NCBI GenBank assembly: GCA_003556225.1
Contig: PWRN01000027.1
Coordinates: forward strand, 10,019 to 74,018
Length of the DNA stretch: 64,000 nucleotides
Origin: Syntrophomonadaceae bacterium
GTDB taxonomy: Bacteria > Bacillota > Dethiobacteria > DTU022 > UBA8154
Direction: 5' to 3'
Position numbers and translations under genes: made by a program. Positions within the stretch are counted from its first letter, which is position 1. Every line of letters starts with the position of its first letter. This document shows, piece after piece, positions 9,518-18,478 of this stretch. The notes under the pieces are model-generated. The model did not search any database, was not told the origin of the DNA, and saw only the letters and a list, made by a program, of their open reading frames with translations.

Positions 9518-11902
9518 CTACTTCTCCTCGTCCTCACCGTTTGTATAGTCTTCCTGATTGAACAGGTCGCCAAAGACATCCCCCAGAGTCACACCCTGGT
9601 TATCCGAGTCCCCTGGCTGGTTGGAATGGGCAGAAAAATCCCGGGGGGCTGGACTGGCTTCTTTGATGCTTAAACTAATCCTCTTCCCCTGGGAATTGAT
9701 TTCCAATATTTTTACTTTAACTTCTTCCCCTTCCTGGATAATCTCCGAAGGGTGCTTGACGTGAAAGTCCGCCATCTGGGAGATGTGGACCAACCCTTCC
9801 ACCCCGGGCATCAGCTCCACGAAGGCGCCGAAGTTCACGATCCGGGTCACTTTTCCTTCGACGATGTCGCCCTCATGAAACGTTTCGCTGATCTGGGACC
9901 AGGGATCGGGCTGGGCCTGCCGCACGCTGAGGCTGATTCGTTCTCGTTCGGGGATGACTTCAAGGACCTTGACCTTGATCTCTTCACCCACGCTGAGCAC
10001 TTCCTGGGGATGACCCACTCTCTGCCAGGATACTTCAGAAATATGGACCAGTCCATCTATGCCGCCCACATCGACAAAGGCGCCAAAATCGGTTAATCGT
10101 TTGACCACCCCGTTGATGATGGCATCTTCTTCCAGAGCGCTGATGGTTTTCTGCTTCTGTTCGTCCGCCTCTACTTCCAACAATTTTTTCCGGGAGAGGA
10201 TCACTTTATCGCGCTCCCGGTTCAGTTCAATAATGTTGAAGGATAATTCCTGGCCCAAAAATGTTTGAAAATCCGGGATGTACCTGACATCAACCAGGGA
10301 CCCCGGCATAAACCCTTCAATACCGCTGCCCAGGTTTACGATGATCCCGGCGGGGACCACGTCTTTGACCAGCCCTTCCATGCGCTTGCCGCTTTCCAGG
10401 GCCTCGTTCAGTTCTTTCCAGCGTCTCTCCCGCGCCAGTCGTTTCTGTGAAACAATGATCTTATCTTCCTGCTCGTTTATTTTTAGTACGAGGACGTCGA
10501 CATCATCGCCCTCCGAAAATGTATCTTTCAGCGTGGCGCCGCCTTCCAGGAGAAGTTCGGCCTTGGGAAGAACAGCGTCTGACTTCCAGCCGATATCCAC
10601 CAGCAGCTGGTCGTCTTCAACCAGGACCACCTTCCCCGTGACCACATCCCCCGGTCGGTATTCCTTTACGTCCTGCTGGTAGGGAAAGCTGTCTTCTGGA
10701 TCCACTGCTGCTTCCTGCCCCGCTTCCCCTTCGGCAGGACCGGCTGTTTCTTCCAGACTGGCTTCTCCTGCGGAGATGCCTTCTTCTTCCTGCTCGCCGG
10801 TTTCTTCCTGCAGGCTTTCTTCCTGCAAGCTGGCCCCTTCCTGCCCAATAGTCTCTTCCTGCTCGCCGGTTTCTTCCTGCAGGCTTTCTTCCTGCAAGCT
10901 GGCCCCTTCCTGCCCAATAGTCTCTTCCTGCTCGACGGTCTCTTCCTGCTCGACGGCTTTTTCCTGGTCGCTGGACCCTTCCTGCGGGTTTTCTTCCTGC
11001 AAGCTGCTCTCCTCTTGCTTGCTTTCTTCTTCCGGGCTGCTTTCTTCCTCTGACCGAATCTCAAAATTCTCGTTTTCCATGCGATCCATAACCTCCTTTA
11101 TCGTCCAATCCGGGGTAGATGCTCCTGCAGTGACCCCAACTTTTGTGATCCCTACCAACCACCGGCTGGAGATTTCCTCTGCACCCGTAATCTGGTAGGT
11201 TTTTATCATTTCACGGCAAACTCTTGCTAATTTCTCTGTGTTGGAACTTTTCCGGTCCCCCACAACCAGCATTAAGTCTACCGCTGAAGCCAGTTTTGCC
11301 GCTGCATTTTGTCGCAAAACCGTAGCTTTGCAAATGGTCTTGTAGGTATCCAGCTCGGTATAGATGCTCTTGAGCATGGCCGCCACGTTTAAGAACTCTT
11401 TTTCTCTTTGCGTGGTTTGCGAAATCAGGACAGCCTTTCCCGGGATGGACAGCTGGTGGATGCTTTCATCCTCCCCGGGTGCGATCACCATGGCCCCTTC
11501 ACCGGCCCAGCCTAAAAGAGCCTGGACCTCGGGGTGTTCGCGGTTCCCGTAGATGAGAATCTTGTACCCCTTGATCGAAAAATTATGGGCAATCTTCTGC
11601 AGGCGCTTGACATAGGGACACGTGGCGTCGATGACTTCGATATTTTTTTCCCTGGACAAACGTTCCAGGATCTCCGGGGTCGCGCCATGCGTGCGGATGA
11701 TAACCGTCCCGCTTTTGATTTCATCGAGCTTCGAAAATACTTTTACACCTTTTTGCGCCAAAAAATTTGCAACCTTTTCATTGTGCACCAGGGGGCCGAA
11801 TGTACTGACATCTTTCCCCATTTCCACGTGGTGCAGGGTCAATTCCAGCGCGTTTTTTACCCCGTCACAGAAACCGGCATGCTCTGCAAGGTAAACCTGA
11901 AT
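9518..11902 (-). CDS. ispH-rpsA: bifunctional IspH (HMBPP reductase) / 30S ribosomal protein S1 fusion with a long acidic linker
   Basis: AGFCDGV, VHN, HG, DATCPYV, QTT, TICKAT, SSNT and TAGASTP (IspH), then four S1 repeats (FGAFVD.GG.DGLVHISE). Start is ATT at 11902 or TTG at 11920; the ORF-track extension to 12277 overlaps plsC. Confidence 0.93.
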   Translation of the reverse strand: MQVYLAEHAGFCDGVKNALELTLHHVEMGKDVSTFGPLVHNEKVANFLAQKGVKVFSKLDEIKSGTVIIRTHGATPEILERLSREKNIEVIDATCPYVKRLQKIAHNFSIKGYKILIYGNREHPEVQALLGWAGEGAMVIAPGEDESIHQLSIPGKAVLISQTTQREKEFLNVAAMLKSIYTELDTYKTICKATVLRQNAAAKLASAVDLMLVVGDRKSSNTEKLARVCREMIKTYQITGAEEISSRWLVGITKVGVTAGASTPDWTIKEVMDRMENENFEIRSEEESSPEEESKQEESSLQEENPQEGSSDQEKAVEQEETVEQEETIGQEGASLQEESLQEETGEQEETIGQEGASLQEESLQEETGEQEEEGISAGEASLEETAGPAEGEAGQEAAVDPEDSFPYQQDVKEYRPGDVVTGKVVLVEDDQLLVDIGWKSDAVLPKAELLLEGGATLKDTFSEGDDVDVLVLKINEQEDKIIVSQKRLARERRWKELNEALESGKRMEGLVKDVVPAGIIVNLGSGIEGFMPGSLVDVRYIPDFQTFLGQELSFNIIELNRERDKVILSRKKLLEVEADEQKQKTISALEEDAIINGVVKRLTDFGAFVDVGGIDGLVHISEVSWQRVGHPQEVLSVGEEIKVKVLEVIPERERISLSVRQAQPDPWSQISETFHEGDIVEGKVTRIVNFGAFVELMPGVEGLVHISQMADFHVKHPSEIIQEGEEVKVKILEINSQGKRISLSIKEASPAPRDFSAHSNQPGDSDNQGVTLGDVFGDLFNQEDYTNGEDEEK
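10785..10956. repeat. coding tandem repeat: 2 exact 69-bp units plus 18-bp units, in the IspH-S1 linker
   Basis: Copies start at 10785 and 10854 (QEETIGQEGASLQEESLQEETGE); TCTCTTCCTGCTCGACGG occurs at 10921 and 10939. Confidence 0.9.
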
Positions 11903-11916
11903 GGAAACGTACCCCC

Positions 11917-12498
11917 TCAAGGAGTCAAAGAGACCCACTGCTTTCTTATTTCTTCCATAATCTGCGCGGAGATTTCTTCCAGCGAACCTTTTCCGCTTCC
12001 CTGGAAGACGACTGGTGCGCCGATGGCGACCCGGATGCGCTTGAACGGTCCGGGAGGCCACTTGATCGCCACCGGCACCACGGGTTTTTGACTTTTCATG
12101 GCGATGAGGGCGGCGCCCTGCAAGGGCTTGCCCAGCTCCCCGGTTTTTATCCTCGTGCCTTCCGGGAATAAACCGACAACCCCGCCTTCCTCTAAGATCC
12201 GCAGTGCCTGGCGTATGGCCTTGCGGTCGGCCGTACTCCGCCTGACCGGAAAGGCTCCCATTTTCTTGATGATCCATCCCAAAAACCGGATGTGAAACAA
12301 TTCTTCCTTTGCCATGAAATGGACTTTATTTTTCGCTGGAATGATACAGCCTGCCAGGGGAGGATCAAACCAGCTCGTGTGGTTGGCGCAAATGATAAAC
12401 GGCCCCCGGGGAGGGAGATGATTTTTTCCGGAAATGCTGTACCCGAATAAAGTCCTGAAGAGGAGATTAAAAAATGCGTGAAAAAACCGGTAAATCAT
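11917..12498 (-). CDS. plsC: 1-acyl-sn-glycerol-3-phosphate acyltransferase
   Basis: NHTSWFD, FMAKEELF, FPEGTR; lies between cmk and ispH. Confidence 0.93.
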   Translation of the reverse strand: MIYRFFHAFFNLLFRTLFGYSISGKNHLPPRGPFIICANHTSWFDPPLAGCIIPAKNKVHFMAKEELFHIRFLGWIIKKMGAFPVRRSTADRKAIRQALRILEEGGVVGLFPEGTRIKTGELGKPLQGAALIAMKSQKPVVPVAIKWPPGPFKRIRVAIGAPVVFQGSGKGSLEEISAQIMEEIRKQWVSLTP

Positions 12499-12500
12499 CG

Positions 12501-13217
12501 CTAACGAACCTCGCCGGAACAACCCTTTTTCTGCAAGTCGCGGGTGGCAGACCGAATCATCTCGAGGAGTTTTTGCACAACCTCCTCAAAGCTAAACGCA
12601 GTAGTATCGATCACACAGGCATCCGGTGCCGCCCGCAAAGGATCGTCTTCTCGCTCCTGGTCGATACGGTCACGCATGGCGATCTCTTCCAGGAGTTCTT
12701 CAAACGGGACTTCCACGTTCTTTTCTTTCATTTCCAACCATCTTCTCCTGGCCCGCTCTTCCACGTCTGCAGATAGAAAAAACTTGAAGGGCGCCCCTGT
12801 CAGCACGTTCGTGCCGATGTCACGACCTTCCATGATAATTCCGCCCGTTTTTTTGGCGATGGCCCGCTGTAAATGGACCAGTTCCTTGCGGACCTCCGGA
12901 GACTTGGCCACCATGGAAACCTTTTGATTCACCCGGGGGGCACGTATCTCTTCCGTAATATCATCTCCATCCATCACGATACGGTTTCCCAGGTTATCGT
13001 CGTACACAACTTCCAGCTTGCAGTTCTTCGTTAAATGGGAGAGCATCTGACCGTCGTTCACATCGACACCTTCGTTCAGCGCTTTCAGTGTAATGGCCCG
13101 ATACATGGCTCCTGTATCGAGATAGACCAGACCCAAGCGCCTGGCTACCTCCTTGGCAACGCTGCTTTTACCGGCTCCTGCCGGGCCGTCAATGGCAATC
13201 TGCACACAACATACCAC
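12501..13217 (-). CDS. cmk: cytidylate kinase
   Basis: IAIDGPAGAGKS, YLDTGAMYRA, MEGRDIGT, RD..D..R...PL. Confidence 0.96.
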   Translation of the reverse strand: MVCCVQIAIDGPAGAGKSSVAKEVARRLGLVYLDTGAMYRAITLKALNEGVDVNDGQMLSHLTKNCKLEVVYDDNLGNRIVMDGDDITEEIRAPRVNQKVSMVAKSPEVRKELVHLQRAIAKKTGGIIMEGRDIGTNVLTGAPFKFFLSADVEERARRRWLEMKEKNVEVPFEELLEEIAMRDRIDQEREDDPLRAAPDACVIDTTAFSFEEVVQKLLEMIRSATRDLQKKGCSGEVR

Positions 13218-13285
13218 CTTGTGTATTACTTCGCGAACGCTGCAGGTCTTTCCTCTTAAATAACTAGGAATTAAAGAAAGAACCG

Positions 13286-13663
13286 TTATTGCGTCAACAG
13301 GTCTTGCCTCAAGCTCATTGCGCCCTTCAAATAAAAATGCCGGATATCTTCAGTCTTTTTCGAGGAATTGATCAGTATGAGCACTCGAATACACCTGGGA
13401 AGAGATCCCGGCACATCAATTTCCAGTGAACAAAAAAGGGGTACATATTTCCAACCCAGCTGCCGCGCCGCTTCGGCTGGGTGCACCGCATTTAAATCCT
13501 GTGTCATCGTGAAATAAACCGCACAGATGTCTTCCAGGCTTACGCTGTTACCGGCCGTCATCTCCACTAAAAGTTGTTTTGTCGCTTCGAGTATTTCCCC
13601 GGGATCATTTGCAGCAACATCGATCGCACCTCTGATTCCCCGCACCATAGCTCCTTGCACCAT
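13286..13663 (-). CDS. aroH: chorismate mutase, AroH type
   Basis: VRGIRGA, FT.T.DL.A..PA.AAR, E..VPGSLPRCIRVL, YL.GA..LR.DL. Confidence 0.93.
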   Translation of the reverse strand: MVQGAMVRGIRGAIDVAANDPGEILEATKQLLVEMTAGNSVSLEDICAVYFTMTQDLNAVHPAEAARQLGWKYVPLFCSLEIDVPGSLPRCIRVLILINSSKKTEDIRHFYLKGAMSLRQDLLTQ

Positions 13664-13762
13664 CCTACCACCTTTAGCTTAAACACTCTACATTATGAAT
13701 CATATACCATCTTGGATAGATTTACAACCCTAATTTCATAGCATCCCCCTGGACTTTAGCGG

Positions 13763-14275
13763 CTATTTGCTGCTTTCTTTTAAACGTGCCAGGAGTCTTT
13801 CCCGGTGCAGATCGTACACTTTAAACAAAAAACGTTCCGCTTCCTTGCTGCTCAATTTAATCGAAGGCGGTTCCAGGATCTCAATCTTTCGAAATTCTTC
13901 CCGCAGGACAAACCGCAGGATATCTTCTATGGTATCGGCACGGACCCGTATTTCCAGCGGTGCGAAGGCGACATCTTCATCTTTATGTTCATCGTAAAGG
14001 CTGTAGATTTCCCCCAAATCGATACTCTCGACCTGGATTCCCTGCAAGGGCATGTTTCGCCAGAGGGCGATTTGCTGCTCCCTGATTTCTTCCGCGACCG
14101 CTTCTGTCTTTTTCCGACCGAAAAAAAACCGGGCCGGGCGAGGGTTACCGCGATAATCAAAGCGAATTTTAAAGGTAAGCTTTGCCGGCTTCTCCTCTTC
14201 GATTCTTTCCACGGGCGGCTCGTCTTTTTTCCTTTTCTCTCTTAAATCCCTGCTGTCCAGATCGGGCTTAAACAC
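13763..14275 (-). CDS. conserved hypothetical protein
   Basis: Well-formed ORF (IRFDYRG..FFG.K..E.VAEE.REQ) with GGAGGG RBS before GTG at 14275; function not recognised. Confidence 0.7.
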   Translation of the reverse strand: MFKPDLDSRDLREKRKKDEPPVERIEEEKPAKLTFKIRFDYRGNPRPARFFFGRKKTEAVAEEIREQQIALWRNMPLQGIQVESIDLGEIYSLYDEHKDEDVAFAPLEIRVRADTIEDILRFVLREEFRKIEILEPPSIKLSSKEAERFLFKVYDLHRERLLARLKESSK

Positions 14276-14391
14276 AAGCCAACCCTCCTTGATCATGAGA
14301 AATGATCGCACTTTCCTGGCAGGCACTGTGCGTCAAGCTGTTCTTAAAAGAGTTCGAGAAAAGCACAAAATATCCTGCTGGAAAGGCCCCT

Positions 14392-15156
14392 TCAGCTGGA
14401 ATTTTGCGAAAATGGCGCCGTCAAGTTAACTTTATCATACAGCCTTTGCGCTTCAGCCTGACTTAAGTGCCGATACGAACCGGGTGGCAGGCTTCCCACT
14501 CCCAGGCCTGCAAAGGAAATCCGTTTCAAGTAGAGCACAGGATGGCCGATCTGCTGACACATGCGCTTGATTTGCCGCTTTTTGCCCTCGTGAACCGTGA
14601 GGGTGAGCCAGGTCGTCTTCTCCTCTTGATTCACCCGGCGGATTGCTGCCCGGGCCGGGGCAATTTTTTCTTTGCCCAGGATCATCCCTTCGCGAAAGGA
14701 TTTCAACTTTTTGGCTGGAACAATTCCTTGCGTCAAGGCCAGGTATGTCTTCTCAACCTGGTAGCGGGGATGCATCAAGCGGGAAGCCAGTTCCCCGTCA
14801 CTGGTCATGAAGAGGATTCCCTCGGTATCGAAATCGAGACGGCCGACGTAAAGAAGGTGTTGATCGGAATAAACAGGTAAGAGATCAAAAACGGTGGGCC
14901 GGCCAAAGGGATCCCTGCGGGTTGTCAAGCAGCCCGCAGGTTTGTGCAGCAGGATGTAGCGGTATGCCGTTTTCATCCTGACCCTGCGGTTGTCGACAGC
15001 GACGGTATCCTCCCGGGTGTTTACTTTTATGCCCATGGCCGTAACGGTTTCACCGTTTACTTTGACCCTTCCCTCCCGGATCATTTTTTCTGCTTCCCGC
15101 CGGGAAGCAAGCCCTGCCATGGAAAGGTATTTTTGGAGGCGCACCGTCTTCTCCAA
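14392..15156 (-). CDS. rluB: 23S rRNA pseudouridine synthase (RluB/RsuA family)
   Basis: S4 domain RLQKYLS.AG.ASRREAE, GRLD catalytic motif, HEGKKRQIKRM; follows scpB. Confidence 0.9.
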   Translation of the reverse strand: MEKTVRLQKYLSMAGLASRREAEKMIREGRVKVNGETVTAMGIKVNTREDTVAVDNRRVRMKTAYRYILLHKPAGCLTTRRDPFGRPTVFDLLPVYSDQHLLYVGRLDFDTEGILFMTSDGELASRLMHPRYQVEKTYLALTQGIVPAKKLKSFREGMILGKEKIAPARAAIRRVNQEEKTTWLTLTVHEGKKRQIKRMCQQIGHPVLYLKRISFAGLGVGSLPPGSYRHLSQAEAQRLYDKVNLTAPFSQNSS

Positions 15157-15279
15157 GCACTCACTTCCCCAGAACCACGGATCACCCACAGCACGATTCT
15201 GCTTGCCGGGGACATTTTCGTGGGTGTAATCAAATCCCGGTATTCCGACCATCGGGCACTGCCCGGGTCACGGCGAGGG

Positions 15280-15843
15280 TCAGCGCCCCTGTTCGCTGCT
15301 GTCTGCCTGTTCCCCGAAGAGATGCCCTGTTTCCTTGTTATAAAAAGTTTCCAGTTCAGCGAGATCTTGAACGCCAAAATAATTGAAAAATTCTTCCGTT
15401 GGCCGATACAAAAAAGGTCTCCCCAAACCTTCCCTGCGACCGGCAATTTCCACAAAACCCCTTTTGATCAAGTTCTCGATTACGCCGTCTGTTTTAACGC
15501 CCCGAATATGTTCCACCTCCAACCGGGTCACCGGTTGTTTCAGGGCAATGATCACCAGGGTTTCGAGAGCCGCCTGGGATAAAGGCAGTGAAATACAGCT
15601 TTCATCAAAAAGTGTTTCGATCTTTTGGGCGGCTTCGGGTTTTGTGCCCAGCTGGTACCCTTCGGGCCGTTCCAGCAAAATCAATCCCCGGTTTTGATTT
15701 TCCAGTTCCCGCCGCAGCCGGGTGATCGCCTCCAAAACTTCTTGCTCCGTCGCGGCAAGCATCTTTTGCAGCTGCGCCAGGGAAAGCGGCTCGCTGCTGG
15801 CAAATAATCCCGCCTCCAGGACAGCCTGCAGGGAAATCGCCAA
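15280..15843 (-). CDS. scpB: SMC-Scp complex subunit ScpB
   Basis: EA.LF...EPL, LSQAALETL.IIA..QPVTR.EVE.IRGV, GRP.LY..T. Confidence 0.95.
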   Translation of the reverse strand: MAISLQAVLEAGLFASSEPLSLAQLQKMLAATEQEVLEAITRLRRELENQNRGLILLERPEGYQLGTKPEAAQKIETLFDESCISLPLSQAALETLVIIALKQPVTRLEVEHIRGVKTDGVIENLIKRGFVEIAGRREGLGRPFLYRPTEEFFNYFGVQDLAELETFYNKETGHLFGEQADSSEQGR

Positions 15844-15886
15844 GAAAATCACCCCTTCCTGGCAGTATGGTTTTTGTGTTATACGT

Positions 15887-16717
15887 TTATTCCCTCGAAG
15901 GTGGGGATCCATCGGTTCCATCAGCGTGATTTTCCCCGTTTGCTTTCATCACCTGGATAGAGCTGAAAGGCCGGCACTGGCTTAAACGCACCTGGCCCCT
16001 CCTTGCCAGCTCCAGGAGGGCAAAAAAGGTCACCACCACCTCAGCTTTGTTCCCTCGTTTTTTAATAAATTCTTCAAAGGTCAATATGGCTTTTTTGAGA
16101 TTTTTAAAGCGCTCCATGATGCGCCGGATGGTATCCCGAAAAGAAAGGTTTTCCTCGGGCACAGGGACAGGCTCCGGGAGCTTCAGCTCTTTCTCCCGGC
16201 GCCGTCTTAAGTTTACCACGGCCTGCTTGAGGCTGTCATAAGCGAGGGGGTAGATCATTTTTTGGTGGTTAATCAGCATGATCTTCTGCGAAGGGCCGGA
16301 ACGCAAAAAAACCCTCTGCTGGCCGTCCTGCCGCTTGAAAAGTTCAAGGGCAATGGTTTTTGCTTTCCTGTACTCTAACAAACAGCGCACCAGCTCTTCC
16401 TTGGAACCAAAATAAAGGTCCGTCTCTTCTCTGTCCGTGAACCTGGTGGACAGGCTGGGCAAGAGCAAGCGCGATTTAAGCTGGAGGAGCGCTGCGGCCA
16501 TCACCAAGAATTCGCCGGCCAGGTCGACTTCGAGCTGCTGCATGGATTGGATGTACGCCAGGTACTGGTTGGTAATTTTACCCAGGGGAATTTCCCAGAT
16601 ATCCACTTCTTCCCGCTGAATGAGATGAAAAAGCAGGTCGAACGGGCCTTCAAAAACGGGGAGGGCGATCTGGTACCCTTCCGTTCCCTTTGGCCAGACC
16701 TTGACCGCACCAGGCAC
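15887..16717 (-). CDS. scpA: SMC-Scp complex subunit ScpA
   Basis: FEGPFDLL.HLI, IT.QYL, EFLVMAA.LL.LKSRLLLP, VTFFALLEL. Confidence 0.95.
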   Translation of the reverse strand: MPGAVKVWPKGTEGYQIALPVFEGPFDLLFHLIQREEVDIWEIPLGKITNQYLAYIQSMQQLEVDLAGEFLVMAAALLQLKSRLLLPSLSTRFTDREETDLYFGSKEELVRCLLEYRKAKTIALELFKRQDGQQRVFLRSGPSQKIMLINHQKMIYPLAYDSLKQAVVNLRRRREKELKLPEPVPVPEENLSFRDTIRRIMERFKNLKKAILTFEEFIKKRGNKAEVVVTFFALLELARRGQVRLSQCRPFSSIQVMKANGENHADGTDGSPPSRE

Positions 16718-16731
16718 TTGTGAATTTTGTT

Positions 16732-17733
16732 CTAGGTAAGCCCCATGGCTGATCGCACCTCTTTCATCGTGGTCTGGGCCGTTCGCCTGGCCTGTTCTCC
16801 TCCTCGGGCCAGCACTTCATCCACGAGCTGCGGCTTGCTTTCAATCTCTTTTCTACGATGGTAGATCGGCTCCATGTATTCTTTCATTTTTCCAGCCAGG
16901 AGGTTTTTGCACTGCACGCATCCAATGGCCCCATCACGACATTCTTGTGCGATGGCTGCTGCTTCCCGGGCATTGAAAATTCGCTGAAAAGCAAAGACGC
17001 TGCAAATCTCGGGGTTTCCAGGGTCATCTTTCCTGATGCGCGCGGGATCGGTAATCATCATGCGCACTTTTTCCGGTATTTTTTCCGGGGAGATGGCAAT
17101 TTCGATATAGTTGTTATAGCTCTTGCTCATTTTCCGCTTGTCCAAACCGGGAATAGTTTTGAATTCGTTGAGCAGGGTTTCCGGTTCAGGAAAAACTTGC
17201 TTGCCGTAGAGGTGATTGAACCTGCGGGCCACCTCCCGGGTCAGCTCTATATGGGGCGCCTGGTCTTCTCCCACCGGCACGGCGTTGGCCTTGTAGATGA
17301 GGATATCCGCCGCTTGCAGGAGGGGATAGCCCAGGAAACCATATGTTGCCAGGTTACGTCCTTCCATCTGCTGCATCTGTTCCTTGTACGTGGGACACCG
17401 CTCCAGCCAGGATAAAGGTGTAAGCATGGAAAAAAGCAGGTGCAATTCTGCGTGCTCGACCACATCGGACTGTTTAAACAGCGTCGCTTTTTCCGGGTCA
17501 ATTCCACAGCTCAACCAATCCATGACCATCTCGCGGATATCTTCCTGGATGTTCCCGGGATCCTCGTAGGAGGTCGTTAATGCATGCCAGTCCACCACGC
17601 AGAAATAGCAGTCGTACTGATCCTGCAAGTTTATCCAGTTTTCCAGGGCACCGAAAAGGTTCCCCAGGTGTAATCGACCCGTCGGCCGCATGCCGCTTAG
17701 AATAATACCCTTCTTGGCTGCCAAAAATACCAT
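16732..17733 (-). CDS. trpS: tryptophan--tRNA ligase
   Basis: SGMRPTGRLHLGN (HIGH-like), YPLLQAADIL, VPVGEDQ, KMSKS. Confidence 0.97.
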   Translation of the reverse strand: MVFLAAKKGIILSGMRPTGRLHLGNLFGALENWINLQDQYDCYFCVVDWHALTTSYEDPGNIQEDIREMVMDWLSCGIDPEKATLFKQSDVVEHAELHLLFSMLTPLSWLERCPTYKEQMQQMEGRNLATYGFLGYPLLQAADILIYKANAVPVGEDQAPHIELTREVARRFNHLYGKQVFPEPETLLNEFKTIPGLDKRKMSKSYNNYIEIAISPEKIPEKVRMMITDPARIRKDDPGNPEICSVFAFQRIFNAREAAAIAQECRDGAIGCVQCKNLLAGKMKEYMEPIYHRRKEIESKPQLVDEVLARGGEQARRTAQTTMKEVRSAMGLT

Positions 17734-17756
17734 TCCTTTCCCGCGATGTTTGCAGT

Positions 17757-18410
17757 TTATAGAAAATAATGACCGGTGAGAATTAAGATCAGCAAATTGA
17801 TCCCCCCGATAATGAACGAGGCGATGGGAAGCAGGATCCGGGGCAATAACCCCAGGACCAGCAGCAAGATCAGCAAAAACGGCCCATAGGCCTCAAAACT
17901 CTGGTAGTAATGCGCATAGCCCCGGGGTAAAAAAGACCGGACAATTTTTGAACCGTCCAGGGGAGGCAGGGGCACAAAGTTAAAGATGGCCAAAAAGACG
18001 TTGATAAAAACGACCCAGATCAAGATGCCTTCCAGGATACCCGGCGTAGCCCAGCGGTAAAGAGAAGGAAGGTTCCCCGTGGTCAAGAACAATATCAGTG
18101 CGGCGGCAAAAGCCAGCAGCAAATTCGTTCCCGGCCCGGCCAGGGAAACCCAGAACAATCCCTTTTCCCGGTGGCGGAAATGGAAGGGGTTAATGGGAAC
18201 CGGACGGGCCCACCCAAACCCGACCATCATGACCATCAAGGTGCCAAGGGGATCCAGGTGAGAAATAGGGTTTAATGTCATACGCCCCGCATTTTTAGCG
18301 GTCGCATCGCCCCAGGCATACGCCATGCGAGCATGAGCATATTCATGAAAGGTCAGGGCAATCAACAGCGCCGGTATGCGGTAAAGCAGGTCAATTCCCG
18401 AGAAAAACAT
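17757..18410 (-). CDS. site-2 protease (peptidase M50)
   Basis: HEYAH, GR.TLNP..H.D, AGP..N, FN.VP.PPLDG. Confidence 0.92.
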   Translation of the reverse strand: MFFSGIDLLYRIPALLIALTFHEYAHARMAYAWGDATAKNAGRMTLNPISHLDPLGTLMVMMVGFGWARPVPINPFHFRHREKGLFWVSLAGPGTNLLLAFAAALILFLTTGNLPSLYRWATPGILEGILIWVVFINVFLAIFNFVPLPPLDGSKIVRSFLPRGYAHYYQSFEAYGPFLLILLLVLGLLPRILLPIASFIIGGINLLILILTGHYFL

Positions 18411-18478
18411 CTTCCGTCTCCTTTCTTCTGCGCCAATATCTGAAAAGATATGAGGAGCGCTGCCCATGCGGGTTAGAT

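Noticed and set aside
10785..10956. Direct repeats as a possible CRISPR array
   Set aside because: Contiguous in-frame coding repeats without unique spacers; no cas genes in the window
11921..12277. N-terminal 120-aa extension of the 919-aa ORF
   Set aside because: It overlaps plsC in another frame and has no IspH-like sequence; homology starts at ~11902
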